A DNA stretch of 64,000 bases, from positions 288,001 to 352,000 of the forward strand of contig CAWHDT010000005.1 in NCBI GenBank assembly GCA_963828195.1, given 5' to 3'. Origin of the DNA: Candidatus Bathyarchaeota archaeon. GTDB taxonomy: Archaea > Thermoproteota > Bathyarchaeia > Bathyarchaeales > Bathycorpusculaceae. The notes under the pieces are model-generated. The model was not told the DNA's origin. It did not search any database and saw only the letters and a list, made by a program, of their open reading frames with translations. Shown one piece after another: positions 59,824 through 64,000 of this stretch. The stretch's first letter is position 1; each line of letters begins with the position of its first letter. Both the position numbers and the translations under genes were made by a program.

Positions 59824-60471
59824 TTGACGGCAAGAAGCATCAGATTAAGCGCTGACGAAGAGACTAAAGAGAGCGAAATCTTCGCCTTTTATGGTGTACA
59901 AGGCGAAACCTACAGCGAGCAATACCGCGATTTCATAGTAAAGATCCATAAAGCAATGCGCTTAGACGTAGTGATAGAAACACCCGATAATCCCGCTGTA
60001 CATCCCGCGCCAAACATTACCGTTATGCGCTGTCCATTACGCAAAACTCTTACAGTCGCACACAAAGACAAGAAAACTGGCGCTATCCTTTGGAGCGAGA
60101 AAAAACTCATATGCGTAAACAACCCACCACAAAAGACCTTTCTTGATGGCTCAGAAATATGCGAAGTATGCTTAGCGAAATTTTACGGTTTAGCAAAGAA
60201 ACTACGCGCCGCTAATCCTGACAGTTTGTCAGCACCGAAACAGAAGTCACAGCAAGAAGAAACGCCGATAACACAGCCAATAGACATCCCAGCCGCCACA
60301 CGTCAGCTTTTCTTAGCTCATTATGACGGTAAGAAACATTGCCCTTTCAGTGGTGACCGCATTTTAAGCCAAACTTGCTATGTATGCAGTACGCAAAACT
60401 CTAAACGCTGGAATGAATGCCGAGTGCTTGTCATGTCGATTATAACACCGCAAAAGGCAACAGCAAACTAA
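59824..60471 (+). CDS. Cys-rich hypothetical protein
   Basis: CP...C...CEVC and CPF...CYVC...C clusters. Confidence 0.75.
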   Translation: MTARSIRLSADEETKESEIFAFYGVQGETYSEQYRDFIVKIHKAMRLDVVIETPDNPAVHPAPNITVMRCPLRKTLTVAHKDKKTGAILWSEKKLICVNNPPQKTFLDGSEICEVCLAKFYGLAKKLRAANPDSLSAPKQKSQQEETPITQPIDIPAATRQLFLAHYDGKKHCPFSGDRILSQTCYVCSTQNSKRWNECRVLVMSIITPQKATAN

Positions 60472-60495
60472 GCCTTCCTTTTTTTAAACCAATAG

Positions 60496-61125
60496 GTGAG
60501 ACGAATGGTAACTACCAAAAAATCTGATAAAAAAGCTAAATTGCTCAATGCAGACCTTGACCTTGAATATTTTGAAATATTGGAAAGGGTTATTGCAGAC
60601 CAAAATCTTAACGGTAGACGAGAAGGTTTAGCCGTTATTTTTAAAGGCTATCTGAAGTCATGTAATCCCTCTGCCGCTGAACATGAACCTACTATTTGCG
60701 AGTTCCTTTCCGACGATAAAACTCTTTGTTGCAAAAATAAGGATAAAATCAAAAAAACAACGATTAAAGAATGCAAAGGCTGTCAGAAAACGCAAGAAGT
60801 CGTCGCAAGAAACCAACGTATGGAAGAGCTAAGATTTCATGGAGAACTTTTAAGACATGATTTGACTGAGCAAATGTGGATTTTTGAACTTGGCATTCCC
60901 TTTGAAAAAACAGGGTATGACACTTTTAACCGTTTGCTTTTCCTCAAAGAAAAACTCGACCAAAAAGAAAGGGAAATTGCAAAGCTTTTGCCGCTCGAAA
61001 TCGAAAACGCTTCCCTAAAACAACAACTAAGCGAAAAAGCAATGGAAATACAGACTTTGAAAGCTGAAAACGCTAAGCAAGAAACCACAATCAATGACTA
61101 TATGTTTCAGAGGAAACCCCAATGA
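60496..61125 (+). CDS. Hypothetical protein with Cys cluster and C-terminal coiled coil
   Basis: CEFL...CC...CKGC followed by heptad repeats. Confidence 0.75.
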   Translation: MRRMVTTKKSDKKAKLLNADLDLEYFEILERVIADQNLNGRREGLAVIFKGYLKSCNPSAAEHEPTICEFLSDDKTLCCKNKDKIKKTTIKECKGCQKTQEVVARNQRMEELRFHGELLRHDLTEQMWIFELGIPFEKTGYDTFNRLLFLKEKLDQKEREIAKLLPLEIENASLKQQLSEKAMEIQTLKAENAKQETTINDYMFQRKPQ

Positions 61126-62012
61126 AATATCTGCTTTTGGTTCCCATCCGTAACAGTGCTCACCTTCTACCGTTCTTTTTCCAATCGCTTAGAAGCATGA
61201 ACCCAAAACCTGACTATATCGTTTGGTGCACCAATAACAACACCGATAAGACTGTTCAAAAACTGAAAGCTTTCCGCGATATTCCCTCAGAAATCATTGA
61301 ATTGCCCGACTTTCCGAAAGACTTCATCAAGCAGAAAGGAGTTTTTGAGGCGATAAGCATCGTTCGTCAGCGCCTTTGGGAGCGTGCGCGAGAACTTAAT
61401 AGCGAATGGACTTTTATGTGTGACTCAGACCATTTTGTTGTTTCATCTGACATCTTGGAAATACTGAGCACTTGGAACGTGGATTTTGTTGTAACGCCTC
61501 AAATGCGCTTTGTAGAAAATGCACAGAAAAAGGGAGAGTACGCAATAATTTTAACTGCATGGCTGCTTGAAAATGGCAATTGGTGCCGTGTTTTTTCAGA
61601 CTTTTATACTCACGCATTAATTCCCCATCAGCTATTTGTTTGCCGCTCCACTCTAACGCCGCAAAGACCACTCCTTGTTCCTAACATGGCTGTGGCTTAC
61701 GGATTTTATTGCTTTAGCCGTCGCCTTGTTCAAGATTGCCGTTTAAATTGGCATCCGCTCTCAGATTCCACAGCAACTAAAGACCTTCCAATCGGTGAAT
61801 TCCTCGTACTTGCCAGAAACGGGTTAGTCGGCAAAAATGGCATGATTGGTGAGGATATGCAATTTGCTCTGAGTGCGCGAAGGCTTGGTTACATAATACA
61901 TATGGATGGAATAGCCGTTATCGACCATGTGTGCTATGACGAAAAAATTAGCGGAATTAAGGCGTGGGATTTCAACATGAATGCTTTTGTGCCTTCTCAA
62001 AGTATGCGGTAA
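61122..62012 (+). CDS. Glycosyltransferase, GT-A fold (family 2-like)
   Basis: LVPIRN, NNNTDKT, CDSD (DxD), IGED, DH. Confidence 0.8.
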   Translation: MKYLLLVPIRNSAHLLPFFFQSLRSMNPKPDYIVWCTNNNTDKTVQKLKAFRDIPSEIIELPDFPKDFIKQKGVFEAISIVRQRLWERARELNSEWTFMCDSDHFVVSSDILEILSTWNVDFVVTPQMRFVENAQKKGEYAIILTAWLLENGNWCRVFSDFYTHALIPHQLFVCRSTLTPQRPLLVPNMAVAYGFYCFSRRLVQDCRLNWHPLSDSTATKDLPIGEFLVLARNGLVGKNGMIGEDMQFALSARRLGYIIHMDGIAVIDHVCYDEKISGIKAWDFNMNAFVPSQSMR

Positions 62013-62104
62013 GAGCTATTATGACATTTCAACTACAAGAAACGCCTTTTTGGGGTCAATTTACGGCTAAAGTTTTTTAAACCAATCAACCCCTATTTTA
62101 TGTT

Positions 62105-62413
62105 ATGAGTGCTGACGAAAAAGACATTGTTTTTATGGTTAGCTCTGCGTGTAGTGGTTGCGGCTCTTACCTTAGAGCGTACAGTAAAGATTCGCGACTA
62201 ACTCGCTGTTTTGATTGCGGAGCAAGAAAGCCTCATCCAAATATTTTATCCGTTTTCCAATACGAGGAAGAAATGGTCGGCGAGTCAAAAGAACACGGAA
62301 CAATTTTTCAAAATCGTAGACGATGCAAGGAATGTGGTTCTAATAAGTATTTTTACATCATGGAGAACGGTGTTGAAAAACAACGGTGTGATGAATGTGA
62401 GGATTTATTTTAA
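62105..62413 (+). CDS. Double zinc-ribbon protein
   Basis: CSGC, CFDC, CKEC, CDEC. Confidence 0.75.
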   Translation: MSADEKDIVFMVSSACSGCGSYLRAYSKDSRLTRCFDCGARKPHPNILSVFQYEEEMVGESKEHGTIFQNRRRCKECGSNKYFYIMENGVEKQRCDECEDLF

Positions 62414-63934
62414 AAAATGAGGGGATACCCTTTAAGCCCTGCGGGGCACTTCATTAGAGTGCTTTTGGTTTAGAAAGTGTTCACCCCGACGCAAAAGAAC
62501 GGTTGTAATTGTCACAATCGCAAAGATGCTTAGAATTGCAAGTGTGCAATTAGGCACTTCTGGATTCTCCAAATCTTTCTCGATGCATTTATCCAAGCAC
62601 TTCACCCAACATCATTTGGCGAGTTGCGTTCCTTCTAAATAAACAGGGTATAGCTCTACGCCTTGAGGTGTGGAGGAATCATCAATTAAATGTGCAGTTC
62701 CATCCGGGCAATAGACTTTGTCACCCTTGGAGGCTTTTTTGTAACGCTTGGCACACTCTCTTAATTGAGGGCATCCGTCGCAATCTCGTGATAGTATTTT
62801 TCATTATCGCCTCTTTTCTATTTTATGAACCCCATGATGTACCTTTTTGTTGAATAAATCATAAGGCTTGGATTCCTTGAAGCTTGATCTTTTATGAACT
62901 TTCGATATTTTATCGCATAATATGCAAATATTGTTATAGATGAACTTGCGCATAATGCGACCAAGGGTATACCGGTTTCTTCCATCATTTTCCACCTAAA
63001 CATCGGTCTATTTCATTATTTCTTTTTTTAGTGAACACCTTTTTTGAGTAATATTTTTTATCAGTTTTACTTCGGAAAGAAAATAGTGGCGTTACGATAA
63101 AAGCCTGATTGAGATATATTCATAAAGATTATGAAAAGTTAAGGTAAAATTATTATTGTGAGGCCGATGCACCCATGCTTAAAAAGCGTAGATACAACAA
63201 ACAACCTGAAACCGAAAAAATAGCGGGTGTAACTTCCAACAGCTTCATTAATTGAAATAGTAACTCTCCGGATATTCGTTTATAAAATTTTTAGTTCCAC
63301 GTGTAAAATATTTCCTTTCCTTGAAGATATTGCACTCACAAAAAGCAAATACAACTTTCCCCACCATGTTTCTCTACCGTGTTTGCGGAAAAACTCACAT
63401 CGCCCTCTCTTTATTTCCTTTCAAACTGTTATCTTTTGGTTGATGACTTTTATTTTACTGAATTTCGTTTCGTATCGTTCTTCGCAGTTCGCTTTTAGTT
63501 CTAGATTCACAAACGTAAACTGTAAAGCAAAATTTGCTTTTTACCATACAACTGTCAAACATATTACAAATATTGTGAGAGTATTTTTGATAATTAAGAA
63601 AAATTCTGAACAAATCATAACCAGATTTAAATAAGATGTGAACCGCGTTAACATATCGGAAATCGAAAGAGTGAAACCACAACGATGTTTGACCTCATGA
63701 ATCCTTTGGGGACTAGCACGGCTTCTTTGAAATCGGTTTTTGCGTATAACATGCTGTGGTTTAAGAAGAGTCCCAATGCAGAGACTGATCCAAGCGAAAG
63801 ACACTTGAGAATTGATGATAAAACCAGTTTGGAGAAGCCGAAAAAAATCAGAGCTATTCTAGAAAGTGCTTCTAACGGCATAATATCGAGGCGTACACGA
63901 GGTGGTTGCGCTGAAAAACAATGTTGCTGATAAT

Positions 63935-64000
63935 TTGGATAACATAGATATTAAAATTCTCAATTTGCTTCAGGAAGATAGCCGATCAAGTTTTCACGAG
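63935..64000 (+). CDS. Lrp/AsnC family regulator (5' end only)
   Basis: LDNIDIKILNLLQEDSRSSFHE; the start may be slightly upstream. Confidence 0.8.
   Translation, partial: MDNIDIKILNLLQEDSRSSFHE

Larger units (their letters stand above)
55150..62560. mobile_element. Integrated virus/plasmid-like element (boundaries approximate)
   Basis: Recombinase-like gene, divergent wHTH/RHH pair, run of co-oriented orphan Cys-rich ORFs, GT2, AAGTGTGCAA motifs at both ends. Confidence 0.7.

Noticed and set aside
62600-63930. Several short overlapping ORFs
   Set aside because: AT-rich, mutually conflicting frames with no motifs; possibly decayed DNA

Overview
Archaeal chromosomal segment with no rRNA or CRISPR array. 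It is most likely Bathyarchaeia; this is inferred from the TACK-type RadA, EF-1alpha, TFB and short XPF, a diphthamide-less EF-2 paralog and PEF-CTERM proteins. Housekeeping genes (radA, msrB, tuf, tfb, rpiA, Ogg1, purP x2, purC, tRNA-Pro(CGG), tRNA-Ile2(CAT)) alternate with accessory loci. The most notable signals are: (1) a ~230-260 bp non-coding element present three times (about 2.4, 20.7 and 32.4 kb), built from two inverted repeats with invariant 16- and 18-nt spacers plus a conserved tail; (2) an integrated virus/plasmid-like element (about 55.1-62.6 kb) with a tyrosine-recombinase-like gene with altered catalytic motifs, a divergent wHTH/RHH switch and boundary motifs; (3) toxin-antitoxin cassettes separated by three decayed tRNA-Leu 3' ends, next to a structured RNA candidate and a repeated motif upstream of tuf; (4) two unannotated 47-aa RHH paralogs sharing upstream motifs; (5) several genes that seem to need ACG, CTG or other non-canonical starts; (6) a tandem DtxR-like operator and a triple-MacB exporter locus. 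All calls are by eye, without database searches.
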